Positions 26,984-41,151 of a DNA stretch of 64,000 nucleotides are shown here, one piece after another. The notes under the pieces are model-generated. The model did not search any database. It had not been told where the DNA came from and was given only the letters and a program-made list of their open reading frames with translations. The stretch is from Actinomycetes bacterium (GTDB lineage: Bacteria; Actinomycetota; Actinomycetes; JBOGEN01). The translations under genes were made by a program, and so were the position numbers. The stretch lies in NCBI GenBank assembly GCA_050743265.1, contig JBOGEN010000225.1:166-64165 (forward strand), given 5' to 3'. Positions within the stretch are counted from its first letter, which is position 1. Each line of letters opens with the position of its first letter.

Positions 26984-28129
26984 ATGCTCATGAGTCGCCG
27001 GACCCCCCGCGCGCTGGTCGCCATGATCGACGGTCTGGACCCGGCCTACCTGGAGGGCGACACCATGCCCGCCCTCGCCGCGCTGGGCGAGGCCGGCACA
27101 CAGGCCACCGTGGACGCGATCATGCCCACGGTCACCAACGTGAACAACGCGTCCATCTGCTGTGCGGCCTGGCCGTCCGAGCACGGCATCACCGGCAACA
27201 GCTACCTCGACCCGACGACCGGCGAGGCCGAGTACATGGAGGACGCCGGCTCGCTGACCTTCCCGACCCTCATCGAGCGGGTGACCGACGCCGGCGGGCG
27301 AGCCGCGCTGCTCACCGCCAAGGTCAAGAGCGTCGGCCTGCTCGGCAGGGGCGCCACCTTCACGCTGGCGGCCGAGGCTCCCGACGCCGCGTCGGTCGCG
27401 CGCTACGGGCCGGCACCGGAGATCTACAGCGCCGAGATCAACCTCTGGCTGTGGGACGTCGCGGTGGACCTGGTCAAGAACCAGCCCGACCTCGACCTCA
27501 TCTACGTGCACACCACCGACTATCCGATGCACGCCTGGCCTCCGGGGGACCCGCGATCCACCGCCCACCTGGTGGGCCTGGACGAGCGGATCGGTGAAGC
27601 GGCCCGCGGGGGTGACGACGTCGCGTTCTTCGCCACCGCGGACCACGGGATGAACTTCAAGACCCGGGTCTGGGACCTCAACGATGCCTGTGCCCGCCGG
27701 GGGACGCCGGTGCGCTACGCCCTCTCCGCCGAGCGGGACCGGTACGTCAAGCACCATCGCACGTTCGGCGGGACGGCCTGGGTCTGGCTGGAGACGCCGG
27801 CCGACTACGACAAGGTCACGGAGACGATCGCCGCCCTTCCCGGCATCGCGGAGGTCATGACGCGCGACGAGGCGGCTGCCCGATTCCACCTCAACCCGCA
27901 CCGCATCGGCGACCTCGCCGTGCTCGGTGACCGTGACACCGTCTTCGGTGAGCTCCCCGAGGGTGAGGAGTACGAGGACCTTCCCACGACCTACCGCTCG
28001 CACGGCAGCCTCCACGAGCAGCGCGTGCCGTTGGTCAGGACGTACGACGCCGGTGACGCGGGCCCCGCACGTCACAACAAGGACCTGCTGACCCCGCTAC
28101 TCGACGGGTGGCTCGACAAGGTCGGGTGA
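26984..28129 (+). CDS. alkaline-phosphatase/NPP-superfamily hydrolase, phosphonoacetate hydrolase (PhnA)-like
   Basis: AMIDGLDPAYL (metal Asp), MPTVTNVNNASI (Thr nucleophile context), HGITGNSYLD, HTTDYPMH and ATADHGM are the superfamily metal-ligand motifs in PhnA-like order. The start is 26984 or 26990. Confidence 0.8.
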   Translation: MLMSRRTPRALVAMIDGLDPAYLEGDTMPALAALGEAGTQATVDAIMPTVTNVNNASICCAAWPSEHGITGNSYLDPTTGEAEYMEDAGSLTFPTLIERVTDAGGRAALLTAKVKSVGLLGRGATFTLAAEAPDAASVARYGPAPEIYSAEINLWLWDVAVDLVKNQPDLDLIYVHTTDYPMHAWPPGDPRSTAHLVGLDERIGEAARGGDDVAFFATADHGMNFKTRVWDLNDACARRGTPVRYALSAERDRYVKHHRTFGGTAWVWLETPADYDKVTETIAALPGIAEVMTRDEAAARFHLNPHRIGDLAVLGDRDTVFGELPEGEEYEDLPTTYRSHGSLHEQRVPLVRTYDAGDAGPARHNKDLLTPLLDGWLDKVG

Positions 28130-28196
28130 CGCGCCGGTCGCACGGTGCGCGCGCGAGCCGCTCCGTCCGGCTCGGGTCACCCGGGGGCGGGTCTCG

Positions 28197-28229
28197 CGCC
28201 GCCCCCCGCGTCGAACGTCGGGGGCGGCG
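28197..28229 (+). terminator. GC hairpin downstream of the PhnA-like gene
   Basis: cgccgccccc-N12-gggggcggcg forms a 10-bp stem with no U-tract. Confidence 0.35.
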
Positions 28230-28408
28230 TGTCCACGCTCCGTCCTCGGTCGGTGACGAACGGTTCGAACGCCGCCGATAGTCTGCGCCGCACTCGTGGC
28301 AGAGGCGTTCGAGCGGACCGGCGCAGGTGCACGCCTCCCGGCTGGTCGTCGTCCCACTGCGCGGGCGTCGAACCGCTGAGCACGGACCGTCCCGAAGAGA
28401 GGTCGAGG

Positions 28409-29905
28409 GTGGACGTCTCGAACGCTCCCCGTATCACCACGTCGGGGTACACCAGGGAGGCGGGGCAACGGCTCTACTACGCGGGACGCGCTGAGCCGAT
28501 GCCGGTCAGGGAGCTGCCGGACGCACCGCCTCCCGTGCACGTGGTCGGTCCCACGGTGTTCCTCATCGCGCTCGGTATCGGCATGGGTGAGACGTACATG
28601 TGGCCGCGGCTCGTGTTGATCTTCGGCCCCGAGATCCGCTGGCTGTTTCTCGTCGGGGTGACCCTGCAGGCCGTCGTCATGCTCGAGATGGCCCGCTACG
28701 CGATGGCGACGGGGGAGAGCATCTTCTACGGGGCCGCGCGGGTCTTCAAGCCGCTGATGTGGTTCTTCTTCGTCACGGCGATGCTGGTCTACGTGTGGCC
28801 CGGGCACATGTCGGCAGGCGCCGGTGCCCTCGAGGAGATCACCGGCATCCCGTGGCAGACCTCCGCGATCGCCGGCCTGCTCTTCGTGGGCGTGCTGTTC
28901 AGCCTGGCCAGGGTCGTCTACAACCTGCTCGAGGGGCTTCTCGCCCTGCTCATCGGCCTGCTCATCCTCAGCTCCTCGGTGGTGGCGGCCCTCCTGGGCA
29001 GCCTGTCGGACCTGAGCGGGGCGCTGGGCGGCCTGGGTGCGTTCGGCCACATGCCGGACGAGGCGCTGACGGCCGCCTGGTTCCCGGTCATCGTCGGCGC
29101 GATCGCGTTCGCGGGGCCCTCCGGCATGCAACAGATGTGGTACACGCTGCACCTGCGCGACAGCGGTGCCGGCATGGGCGCGCACATCCCGAAGATCCGC
29201 GGGCTGATGCACTCCGGTGAGGAGGAGGCCATGCCCTCGCGCGGGTTCATGTTCGACACCGAGGACCCGCGTGAGATGGAGAAGTGGAGGGGCTGGCGCC
29301 GCTGGTTGACCTTCGACGCCCTCGTGCTGTTCTGGGGCGTCACGATGGTGGTGACGATCTCGTTCACGATCATCGCCCTGACCGCCGCACGGGAGAACCC
29401 GGGCGCGCGGTCGGTCATCGCGCTCGGGGAGCGGGAGGCGGCGCTCACCGCGATGGCCGACGCGCTGAGCTCGGCGGGCTCGTCGCTGCTCGGACCGCTC
29501 TTCCTCGGGCTCATCGCGCTGATCGGGCTCAACGCGACCCTCGGCCTGTTCGACTCGTTCTCCAAGGGCCAGGCCGACATGACGTACCACTTCGTGCCCG
29601 GGGCCCGGCGCTTCAAGTTGGGCCACCTCTACTTCGCGTTCCTGTGGGGCCTCATCCTGTTCGGCATCGGCATCCTGTTGTTCGGGCCGGCCGATGGCCC
29701 CGCCGGCGTGCTGGACACGCTCGCGTTCCTGTCGGCGTTCGCGATGGGCGCGTACTGCGTGGTGCTGCTGCTGGTGAACAACCTGCTGCTGCCGAAGAGG
29801 ATCCGTCCCGGGCTGGCGACCAACGCGGTGATCGCCTTCGGCGCGGTCTTCTACCTTGGCAGCCTGCTCTACAGCGTGGTCAGGTTCGGGGTCGTGCTCG
29901 ACTGA
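28409..29905 (+). CDS. Nramp-superfamily-like membrane transporter (paralogue 2)
   Basis: It starts GTG GAC GTC (VDV...), like paralogue 1 (GTG GAC GTC at 24440), and the upstream ...agagaggtcg... is conserved. Long identical runs include GETYMWPRLV, FAGPSGMQQMWYTL and KIRGL.HSGEEE.MP.RG.MFDT. The 88-codon upstream extension in the ORF track is rejected. Confidence 0.82.
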   Translation: MDVSNAPRITTSGYTREAGQRLYYAGRAEPMPVRELPDAPPPVHVVGPTVFLIALGIGMGETYMWPRLVLIFGPEIRWLFLVGVTLQAVVMLEMARYAMATGESIFYGAARVFKPLMWFFFVTAMLVYVWPGHMSAGAGALEEITGIPWQTSAIAGLLFVGVLFSLARVVYNLLEGLLALLIGLLILSSSVVAALLGSLSDLSGALGGLGAFGHMPDEALTAAWFPVIVGAIAFAGPSGMQQMWYTLHLRDSGAGMGAHIPKIRGLMHSGEEEAMPSRGFMFDTEDPREMEKWRGWRRWLTFDALVLFWGVTMVVTISFTIIALTAARENPGARSVIALGEREAALTAMADALSSAGSSLLGPLFLGLIALIGLNATLGLFDSFSKGQADMTYHFVPGARRFKLGHLYFAFLWGLILFGIGILLFGPADGPAGVLDTLAFLSAFAMGAYCVVLLLVNNLLLPKRIRPGLATNAVIAFGAVFYLGSLLYSVVRFGVVLD

Positions 29906-29911
29906 GCCGCA

Positions 29912-29929
29912 GAGCCCGACGCGGGGCTC
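29912..29929. terminator. short hairpin between convergent transporter and GntR genes
   Basis: gagccc-gacgcg-gggctc. Confidence 0.3.
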
Positions 29930-29957
29930 GTGTGGCGATGCCTGCGCGGTCAGGCGG

Positions 29958-30716
29958 TCAGGGATCTCGGCGGCGCGAACGGCGCTTGTGCTCGGTGAGC
30001 TCGGGGTAGGCCTCGCCGCTGTCGGCACGCGAGCTGTGGTACGCCTGCCGCGTGCGCTCGGTGTGCGTGCGCATCATCTCGGCCGCGCGCTCGGCGTCAC
30101 GGTCGGCGATGGCCTCGATGAGGGCCGCATGCTCCTTGCAGGCCTCGTGGCCGCGCTGTGAGGCGACCGGCGTGTAGTACCAGCGAACGCGGCGGTCGAC
30201 CTGGCTGGCGAAGTCCGCGAGGACCCGGTTGCCCGACAGCTCGGTCACGTACGCGTGGAAGGCCGAGTTGGCTCGGACGAAGGCCTCGATGTCCGGGGGA
30301 TCGAGGGCGTCGAGGCCGTCCTGGCAGAGCTTCCAGAGCGTGGCCAGGGACTCCTCGGTCACGCGCCCTGCGGCGAGTCGGGCCGACTCGGACTCCAGAA
30401 CCGCGCGGGCGGCGAGCAGCTGGTCGGCCTCGTCCTCGGTCGGGATGTGGACGAAGGCCCCGTACCCGGGCTTGAGGTCGACCCAGCCCTCCGTGTGCAG
30501 CCGCTGCAGGGCCTCACGGACGGGCTGGCGGGAGACCCCGAGCACCTCCGCGAGCTCGAGCTCGACCAGGTGCTGGCCAGGTTCGAGAGAGCGAGAGATG
30601 ATCATCTCGGCGAGAGCCTCGTACACCGACTCCCGAAGGGGAGCGGGACGCTGCACGAACCGGGACCCGGGGGCCACGGCTTCTCTGGCCAGTCCCTGGC
30701 CTCCTGTGACACTCAC
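29958..30716 (-). CDS. GntR-family transcriptional regulator, FadR subfamily (FCD effector domain)
   Basis: ...LRESVYEALAEMIISRSLEPGQHLVELELAEVLGVSRQPVREALQRLHTEGWVDLKPGYGAFV... is the winged HTH, followed by an all-helical C-terminal domain. Start GTG 30716 has AGGGAG 6 nt upstream. Confidence 0.85.
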   Translation of the reverse strand: MSVTGGQGLAREAVAPGSRFVQRPAPLRESVYEALAEMIISRSLEPGQHLVELELAEVLGVSRQPVREALQRLHTEGWVDLKPGYGAFVHIPTEDEADQLLAARAVLESESARLAAGRVTEESLATLWKLCQDGLDALDPPDIEAFVRANSAFHAYVTELSGNRVLADFASQVDRRVRWYYTPVASQRGHEACKEHAALIEAIADRDAERAAEMMRTHTERTRQAYHSSRADSGEAYPELTEHKRRSRRRDP

Positions 30717-31092
30717 CCGATTCTCCCTGGCGACCCCGAGGGTCCTCGCGAACCGTGACACCACTGTGTACGGAAAACAATATGCAACGTTACCAGGATT
30801 GACGGGATGTCGCAGGGTACAGGCTCGCCTGCGACGTTACCCACATCAGCCCCCCTGGGTCGATGACGCTGAGCCGACGTGGCACGCCGCCGGTCGGCAC
30901 CCCAGGTTTTGGCCAGCGGCTACCGACGGGTAACATCGCGGCGAACGCGCGGCCGCCCCCGTCAGCAGGTCTCACGTGAAGCGCTGGCAGGCTGGGGGCA
31001 GCCAACGCCCGCACGCGGGGCGGCCGACCGTCGTACGGCGGCCGACGACGCCGCACAGACCGCACGTCAACCTGGGAGGTCGGCCACCGGCC

Positions 31093-31872
31093 ATGAAGAT
31101 CGTCGTCTGCGTGAAGCAGGTGCCCGACACGTGGGCCGAGAAGAAGCTCACGGCCGAGGACAAGACGCTTGACAGGGCGTCCGTCGACGCCGTGATGAAC
31201 GAGCTGGACGAGTACGCCGTCGAGGAGGCGCTCCGGCTCAAGGAGGCCCACGGCGGGGAGGTGACGGTCCTCACCATGGGTCCGGACAAGGCCGCGGAGA
31301 CGATCCGCAAGGCACTGTCCATGGGCGCCGACGACGCGGTGCACCTCGTCGACGACGCGTTGGCGGGGTCGGACGCGCTGGCCACCTCGTACGCCCTGGC
31401 GACGGTGCTGCGGACCCTCGAGTGCGACCTGGTCGTCCTCGGCTCGGAGTCCACGGACGCCCGGATGTCGGTCGTCCCGGCGATGCTCGCGGAGGAGCTG
31501 GGCTGGGCCCAGCTCACGTACGCCGACAAGGTCGAGGTGGACGGCGACACCGTGCGTGTCCAGCGGGTCACCGAGTACGGGCACGACGCCGTCGAGGCGA
31601 GCACGCCGGCCGTCGTCAGCGTCGTCGAGAAGATCAACGAGCCGCGCTACCCCTCGTTCAAGGGGATCATGGCGGCCAAGAAGAAGCCGGTGAGCACCCT
31701 GTCCCTCGCTGACGCCGGCGTGCAGGCGGACCGGGTCGGGCTCGGCGCCGCACAGACGGCGGTCGAGAGCTTCGCCGACCGCCCCCCCCGCGAGGCCGGC
31801 ACGGTCGTCACGGACGAGGGGGACGGCGCCGCCAAGGTCGTCGAGTACCTCGCCTCGCAGAAGATCCTCTGA
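31093..31872 (+). CDS. etfB: electron transfer flavoprotein beta subunit
   Basis: MKIVVCVKQVPDTWAEKKL...VLTMGP... Confidence 0.93.
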   Translation: MKIVVCVKQVPDTWAEKKLTAEDKTLDRASVDAVMNELDEYAVEEALRLKEAHGGEVTVLTMGPDKAAETIRKALSMGADDAVHLVDDALAGSDALATSYALATVLRTLECDLVVLGSESTDARMSVVPAMLAEELGWAQLTYADKVEVDGDTVRVQRVTEYGHDAVEASTPAVVSVVEKINEPRYPSFKGIMAAKKKPVSTLSLADAGVQADRVGLGAAQTAVESFADRPPREAGTVVTDEGDGAAKVVEYLASQKIL

Positions 31873-31901
31873 GCGCCGCCGCAGACTAGGAGACGTCACG
31901 C

Positions 31902-32858
31902 ATGTCCCAGGAGATCCTCGTCCTCGTCGACCACCTCGACGGGGACGTCAAGAAGGTCACCCTCGAGCTGCTCACGCTCGCCGGCCAGCACGGGACGCCG
32001 GCCGCGGTGTGGGTGGGCCCCGGGTTGGAGAAGGGCAAGGAGCGGCTCGCCGAGTACGGCGCCGCCAAGGTCTACGTCGCGGCCGACGACGCCCTGCTCG
32101 GCCACCCGGTCGCGCCGGCGGCCGAGGTCCTCGCCCGCGTGGTCGCGGACGCGGAGCCGGCCGCCGTCCTCGTGCCCTCGACCGCGGAGGGCAAGGAGGT
32201 GGCCGCGCGCCTCGCGGTCAAGGTCGGCTCGGGCGTCCTCACCGACGCGGTCGGCCTGGCCGACGGGTTCGTCGCCGAGCAGTCCGTCTTCGGCGGGGCG
32301 ACGATCGTGCAGTCGAAGGTGACCACCGGCGTGCCGGTCATCACCGTGCGGCCCAACTCGACCTCGCCGCAGGCGTCCTCGGGCGCGGCCGAGGAGGTCG
32401 CCGTCACGGTCGAGCTCCCGGAGCCGGCGAAGGCCGCCCGTGTGGTCGACCGTGTGGTGGAGGAGAAGGGCGAGCGTCCCGAGCTCACCGAGGCCTCCAT
32501 CGTGGTGTCCGGCGGCCGGGGGGTCGGCGGCGCCGAGAACTTCTCGGTCATCGAGGCGCTGGCGGACGCGCTCGGGGCCGCCGTGGGCGCCTCCCGCGCG
32601 GCCACGGACGCCGGCTGGTACCCGCACCAGCACCAGGTCGGCCAGACAGGCAAGACCGTGTCGCCGCAGCTCTACCTCGCCTGCGGCATCTCGGGCGCGA
32701 TCCAGCACCGGGCCGGCATGCAGACCTCCAAGACGATCGTCGCGATCAACAAGGACCCCGAGGCCCCCATCTTCGAGCTCGCCGACTTCGGGGTCGTCGG
32801 CGACCTGCACCAGGTGGTCCCCGCGCTGACGGAGGAGGTCGCGCGACGCAAGGGCTGA
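31902..32858 (+). CDS. etfA: electron transfer flavoprotein alpha subunit
   Basis: ...[15 protein letters not shown]...[40 protein letters not shown]... Confidence 0.93.
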   Translation: MSQEILVLVDHLDGDVKKVTLELLTLAGQHGTPAAVWVGPGLEKGKERLAEYGAAKVYVAADDALLGHPVAPAAEVLARVVADAEPAAVLVPSTAEGKEVAARLAVKVGSGVLTDAVGLADGFVAEQSVFGGATIVQSKVTTGVPVITVRPNSTSPQASSGAAEEVAVTVELPEPAKAARVVDRVVEEKGERPELTEASIVVSGGRGVGGAENFSVIEALADALGAAVGASRAATDAGWYPHQHQVGQTGKTVSPQLYLACGISGAIQHRAGMQTSKTIVAINKDPEAPIFELADFGVVGDLHQVVPALTEEVARRKG

Positions 32859-32906
32859 CGTCCGCGGCCGTGAAGCCGGCCCCGGGAGCGGCCTAGACTC
32901 ACGCTG

Positions 32907-34100
32907 ATGGCCTACCTCGACCATGCCGCGACGACGCCGATGCTGCCCGAGGCGGTCGACGCGATGACCACGCTGTACGGGCGGGTCGGCAACCCCTCGT
33001 CCCTGCATGCGCCCGGACGGGCGGCGCGCCGTGTCGTCGAGGAGTCACGCGAGACGGTCGCCGAGGCGCTGGGCTGTCGCCCCAGCGAGGTGGTGTTCAC
33101 CAGCGGCGGCACCGAGGCCGACAACCTCGCGGTCAAGGGGCTGTACTGGGCCCGGTCCGCGCAGGACCCGCGCCGTCGTCGCGTCCTGGTCAGCGGGGTC
33201 GAGCACCACGCCGTGCTCGACTCGGCCGAGTGGCTGGCGGGCCACCAGGGTGCCGAGGTCGAGCTTCTGCCCGTCGACGCCAAGGGGCGCGTCCGGCCGG
33301 ACGGGCTCCGTGCCGCTTTCGACCGCAGGCCGGACGACGTGGCCCTCGTGAGTGTCATGTGGGCGAACAACGAGGTCGGCACCGTGCAGCCGGTGGCCGA
33401 GCTGGCCCGCATCGCGGCGGAGTACGCCGTGCCCGTGCACAGCGACGCCGTGCAGGCCGTGGGCCAGGTCCCGGTGGACTTCGGCGCGAGCGGGCTCGAC
33501 GCGATGACGGTCACCGGTCACAAGCTCGGTGGTCCCGTCGGAGTCGGCGTGCTCGTGCTGGGTCGCGACATCGCGCCCTCGCCCGTCCTGCACGGCGGAG
33601 GCCAGGAGCGCGACGTCCGCTCGGGCACGCTGGACGCCCCCGGCATCGCGGGGTTCGCCGCCGCCGTCCGCGCCGCGGTCGAACAGCGGGCGAATCGCAG
33701 CGCCCGACTCGCGGCGCTGCGGGACGACCTCGTCGGCCGGGTCAAGGCCGAGGTGCCGGACGTCGTGCTCAACGGCGCCCCGCTCGGCGCCGACGGCGCC
33801 CGCCTGCCGGGCAACGCGCACCTCTCATTCCCCGGATGCGGCGGCGACTCGCTGCTGCTCCTGCTCGACGCACGCGACATCGCGTGCTCCACCGGGTCGG
33901 CCTGCTCCGCCGGTGTCGCCCGGCCCAGCCACGTCCTGCTCGCGATGGGAGCCGACGAGGAGCGGGCGCTCGCCTCCCTGCGCTTCTCGCTGGGCCACAC
34001 CTCGGTGGCCGGCGACGTCGACGCGCTCGTCGAGGCGATCGGCCCGGCCGTGGAGCGGGCACGCCGAGCCGGGCTCGCGTCCGTGCCCGGGAGTGTGTGA
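32907..34100 (+). CDS. iscS: cysteine desulfurase (class V aminotransferase, IscS/NifS-like)
   Basis: [17 protein letters not shown]...GNPSSLH...[10 protein letters not shown]...[12 protein letters not shown]... Confidence 0.92.
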   Translation: MAYLDHAATTPMLPEAVDAMTTLYGRVGNPSSLHAPGRAARRVVEESRETVAEALGCRPSEVVFTSGGTEADNLAVKGLYWARSAQDPRRRRVLVSGVEHHAVLDSAEWLAGHQGAEVELLPVDAKGRVRPDGLRAAFDRRPDDVALVSVMWANNEVGTVQPVAELARIAAEYAVPVHSDAVQAVGQVPVDFGASGLDAMTVTGHKLGGPVGVGVLVLGRDIAPSPVLHGGGQERDVRSGTLDAPGIAGFAAAVRAAVEQRANRSARLAALRDDLVGRVKAEVPDVVLNGAPLGADGARLPGNAHLSFPGCGGDSLLLLLDARDIACSTGSACSAGVARPSHVLLAMGADEERALASLRFSLGHTSVAGDVDALVEAIGPAVERARRAGLASVPGSV

Positions 34101-34103
34101 CCC

Positions 34104-35242
34104 GTGCGCGTCCTCGCCGCGATGTCCGGGGGGGTCGACTCGGCCGTCGCCGCCGCGCGCGCGGTCGACGCGGGCCACGACGTCACCGGCGTGCACCTCG
34201 CGCTGGCCCCGGACCCGCAGTCCTTCCGTACGGGGGCGCGGGGCTGCTGCACGCTCGAGGACGCCCGGGACGCCCGCCGCGCCGCGGACGTGCTGGGCAT
34301 CCCGTTCTACGTGTGGGACCTGGCCGAGCGGTTCCGTGCGGACGTGGTCGACGACTTCGTCGCCGAGTACGCGGCCGGGCGTACGCCGAACCCGTGCCTG
34401 CGGTGCAACGAGAAGGTCAAGTTCTCGGCCGTCCTCGACCGCGCGGTCGCCCTGGGGTTCGACGCGGTCTGCACCGGCCACTACGCCCGCATCGTCGACG
34501 GGCCGGACGGCCGCGGGCTGCACCGTGCCGCCGACCCCGCGAAGGACCAGTCGTACGTCCTCGGTGTCCTGACGGCCGACCAGGTGGCCCGGGCGCTGTT
34601 CCCGCTCGGCGACACGGTCAAGACCGACGTCCGTGCGGAGGCCCACCGGCGAGGGCTGCTCGTCGCGGACAAGCCCGACAGCCACGACATCTGCTTCGTG
34701 CACGACGGTGACACCGCGCGCTTCCTCGGCGAGCGGCTCGGCCAGGCTCCGGGCGAGGTGGTCGACCTCGACGGCCAGGTCGTGGGCCGGCACGAGGGCG
34801 CGTACGCGTTCACGGTGGGGCAGCGTCGCGGGCTGCGGTTGGGGCGCCCCGCCCCGGACGGCAGGCCGCGCTACGTCCTCGACGTGCAGCCGGTCTCGGG
34901 CCGGGTGACCGTCGGTCCGGCGGAGCGGCTCGAGGTGGACGAGGTCGTCGGCGTACGGCCCCGGTGGTGCCGTCAGGTGCCACGTGGGGAGTGGCGGTGC
35001 GACGCCCAGGTGCGGGCGCACGGGGAGCCGGTGCCGGCGAGGGCCCGCGTCGAGGTCCACAGCGACGAGGCCCACAGCGACGAGGTCCACAGCGACGGGG
35101 AGCGGCTCGTCGTCACGCTGGACGTTCCGCTACGGGGCGTCGCACCGGGCCAGGCCGTCGTGCTCTACGCCGGGGACCGGGTGCTCGGGTCGGCCACGAT
35201 CGACGCCTCCCGTCGCGTGCGCAGCGCCGAGGCGCGCGTGCC

Positions 35243-35246
<4 letters not shown>
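34104..35246 (+). CDS. mnmA: tRNA-specific 2-thiouridylase
   Basis: [17 protein letters not shown]...[12 protein letters not shown]...DQSYVL... Confidence 0.92.
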
Positions 35247-38412
<3,166 letters not shown>

Positions 38413-38617
38413 GCGTCCCGCGCCCCCTGGGTGGGTCTCCTCACACGTCCGCGCACGCCCTGAGGTGACGCGAGGCGCGAGTCGGGACATTCGGGGCGGC
38501 GCGACCGCCGGATCGCCGAAATACGTTGAGCCTGGCCAGGGAACTTGTCATCGTTTCCGATCGGTGCCGGCACCCTGAGCCGGTTCCGTGAGGCCTAAGG
38601 GTTCCGTGGGGGTTTCC

Positions 38618-40732
38618 GTGACAAGGTCGATGGCGAGCTGGGTCGTCGGGCGTCGGACCAAGTACCTGGTGCTGGTGTTCTGGTTCGTGGTGATCGCGGC
38701 CGCGGGGCCGCTCGCCGGCCAGCTCACCGATGTCCAGGAGAACGAGGCCAAGTCCTGGCTGCCCGGCAACGCCGAGTCGACCCAGGCCCTCGACCTCCAG
38801 AACGCGTTCGTGTCCGAGAACACGATCCCTGCCGTGGTCGTGTACGAGCGGTCCGGTGGGCTCGCCGACGCCGACCGCGCGGCGATCGCGGACGACGCCG
38901 AGACCTGGGCAGCGCTGCCCAGCCTGGACGGCAAGGTGACCGGTCCGGTCCCCTCCGAGGACGGCGAGGCGGCGCAGGTCATCGTCCCCCTCAACCTGGG
39001 ATCGGACGGCTGGGAGAAGGCCGGCGACGTCGTCGACGACATGCTGCGCGACGCACGCGGCGGCCCAGCCGGCCTGTCCGTGCACGTCACCGGCCCCGCC
39101 GGTGCCGCCGCCGACTCCGCCGAGGCGTTCGATGGCATCGACACCAGCCTGCTGCTCGCCGCCGTCACGGTCGTCGTGGTGATCCTGCTGCTCACGTACC
39201 GCAGCCCGTTCCTCTGGCTGCTGCCGGTGGTCTCCGCCGGTGTGGCGCTGACGACGGCCCAGGCGGTCATCTACCTCCTCGCCAAGCACGCCGACCTCAC
39301 GGTGAACGCGCAGAGCGCGGGCATCCTCACCGTGCTCGTGTTCGGCGCGGGCACGGACTACGCGCTGCTCCTCGTCGCCCGCTACCGCGAGGAGCTGCGC
39401 CGGCACACGGACCGGCACGAGGCCATGGCGATCGCCCTGCACCGGGCAGGCCCGGCGATCATCGCGAGCGCCGGCACGGTCGTCCTCGGCCTGCTCTGCC
39501 TCGCGTTCGCCGAGACCAACTCCACGAAGGGCCTGGGCCCTGTCACCGCGATCGGCGTGGCCGTCGGCCTGCTCGCGATGATCTCGCTGCTCCCGGCGAT
39601 GCTCGTCACGGCCGGGCGCTGGGTCTTCTGGCCGAAGCGGCCTGCGTTCGGGTCGGAGGAGCCGACCGCGTCCGGCTGGTGGGCCCGCCTGGGCCAGAGC
39701 ATGTCCCGGCGTCCGCGCCGGGTCTGGGTGGCGACCGCCGTCGTCCTGGGCGCGATGGGGCTCGGGATGGTCAGCCTCAACGCGGACGGGCTCACGAATG
39801 CCGAGCAGTACCGCGGCACCCCTGACTCGGTCGTGGGGGAGCGGGTCGTCCAGGGCCACTTCGCCGGCGGTGCCGGCAGCCCGGTGGTCGTCGTGGGCGA
39901 CGCGCCAGCCGCCGACGAGCTGCGCTCGGCCCTGGCGGGCACGGCCGGGATCGCCGAGGTCACCGAGCCGGTCGCGCGGGACGGCGTGGCGTACGTCGAG
40001 GGGACGCTCGCCGCGGCGCCCGACAGCCAGGCCGCGTACGACACGATCGACCGGGCCCGGACCGCGGTCCACGCGGTCGACGGCGCCGACGCCAAGGTCG
40101 GCGGCAACACGGCGATCAACCTGGACGTCCAGCGCGCCGCGCAGCACGACCGTGAGCTCATCATCCCGATCGTGCTCGTGGTGGTGCTGCTCATCCTCGG
40201 TCTGCTGCTGCGGGCGGTGGTGGCTCCGCTCATCCTGGTCGCCACCGTCGTGCTGTCCTTCGCCGCCGCCATGGGGGTCAGCGCCCTCGTGTTCGACCAC
40301 GTCTTCGGCTTCGGCGGCGCTGACTCGTCGCTCCCGCTGTTCGTGTTCGTCTTCCTCGTCGCGCTGGGGATCGACTACAACATCTTCCTCATGTCGCGCG
40401 TCCGCGAGGAGGCCGCGCATCACGGGACGCGCCGGGGCGCGATCATCGGCCTCGGCGCGACCGGCGGGGTCATCACGTCCGCCGGCCTGGTGCTCGCGGG
40501 CACGTTCGCCGTTCTCGCGACCCTGCCGCTGACAGCGTTCGCGGAGATCGGGTTCGCGGTGGCGTTCGGCGTCCTGCTCGACACGATCGTGGTCCGCTCG
40601 GTGCTCGTCACCGCGCTCAACCTCGACATCGGACGGCACATGTGGTGGCCGAGCCGCCTCGCCGCCCGGGGGGACGAGCAGGAGCGACAGCTCGGCGAGG
40701 ACACGGTCGGCGCAGCCCGCGGAGCCGTCTAG
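38618..40732 (+). CDS. MMPL-family (RND-type) membrane transporter
   Basis: ...[13 protein letters not shown]...[20 protein letters not shown]...[17 protein letters not shown]... The start is uncertain (in-frame GTG 38588, 38606 or 38618, or ATG 38630). Confidence 0.85.
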   Translation: MTRSMASWVVGRRTKYLVLVFWFVVIAAAGPLAGQLTDVQENEAKSWLPGNAESTQALDLQNAFVSENTIPAVVVYERSGGLADADRAAIADDAETWAALPSLDGKVTGPVPSEDGEAAQVIVPLNLGSDGWEKAGDVVDDMLRDARGGPAGLSVHVTGPAGAAADSAEAFDGIDTSLLLAAVTVVVVILLLTYRSPFLWLLPVVSAGVALTTAQAVIYLLAKHADLTVNAQSAGILTVLVFGAGTDYALLLVARYREELRRHTDRHEAMAIALHRAGPAIIASAGTVVLGLLCLAFAETNSTKGLGPVTAIGVAVGLLAMISLLPAMLVTAGRWVFWPKRPAFGSEEPTASGWWARLGQSMSRRPRRVWVATAVVLGAMGLGMVSLNADGLTNAEQYRGTPDSVVGERVVQGHFAGGAGSPVVVVGDAPAADELRSALAGTAGIAEVTEPVARDGVAYVEGTLAAAPDSQAAYDTIDRARTAVHAVDGADAKVGGNTAINLDVQRAAQHDRELIIPIVLVVVLLILGLLLRAVVAPLILVATVVLSFAAAMGVSALVFDHVFGFGGADSSLPLFVFVFLVALGIDYNIFLMSRVREEAAHHGTRRGAIIGLGATGGVITSAGLVLAGTFAVLATLPLTAFAEIGFAVAFGVLLDTIVVRSVLVTALNLDIGRHMWWPSRLAARGDEQERQLGEDTVGAARGAV

Positions 40733-40854
40733 ACGGCCACCGGCCACCGTGCGGGGGTGAGCGACCGGAGGGGCTCGCACGGTGGGGGGTCGGGCGAGCG
40801 CGCCCTAGACTTGCGTCCGCCCGACCACCCCCATTCCACGAGGAGCGTCCGCGC

Positions 40855-41151
40855 ATGCCGTCCATCACCCGCGAGGAGGTCGCCCACCTGGCCCGGCTGG
40901 CCCGGCTGGCCCTGGGCGAGGACGAGCTCGACCACCTCGGCGGCCAGCTCGACGTGATCCTCGGGTCGGTCGCCCGGGTCGGCGAGGTGGCAGCGGACGA
41001 CATCCCGCCAACCTCGCACCCGCTGCCGCTGACGAACGTCATGCGGCCGGACGAGAACCGTCCCTGCCTCACCCCCGAGGAGGCCCTGGGCGGGGCGCCC
41101 GCGGTGGAGGACCAGCGGTTCCGCGTCCCGCGGATCCTGGGGGAGGCGTGA
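40855..41151 (+). CDS. gatC: Asp/Glu-tRNA amidotransferase subunit C
   Basis: [25 protein letters not shown]... Confidence 0.92.
   Translation: MPSITREEVAHLARLARLALGEDELDHLGGQLDVILGSVARVGEVAADDIPPTSHPLPLTNVMRPDENRPCLTPEEALGGAPAVEDQRFRVPRILGEA

Noticed and set aside
1-31000. Mobile-element hallmarks for the accessory island (integrase, transposase, flanking tRNA or long direct repeats).
   Set aside because: None was seen inside the window, and the left end of the island lies beyond the window. The accessory status is therefore inferred from content and synteny only.
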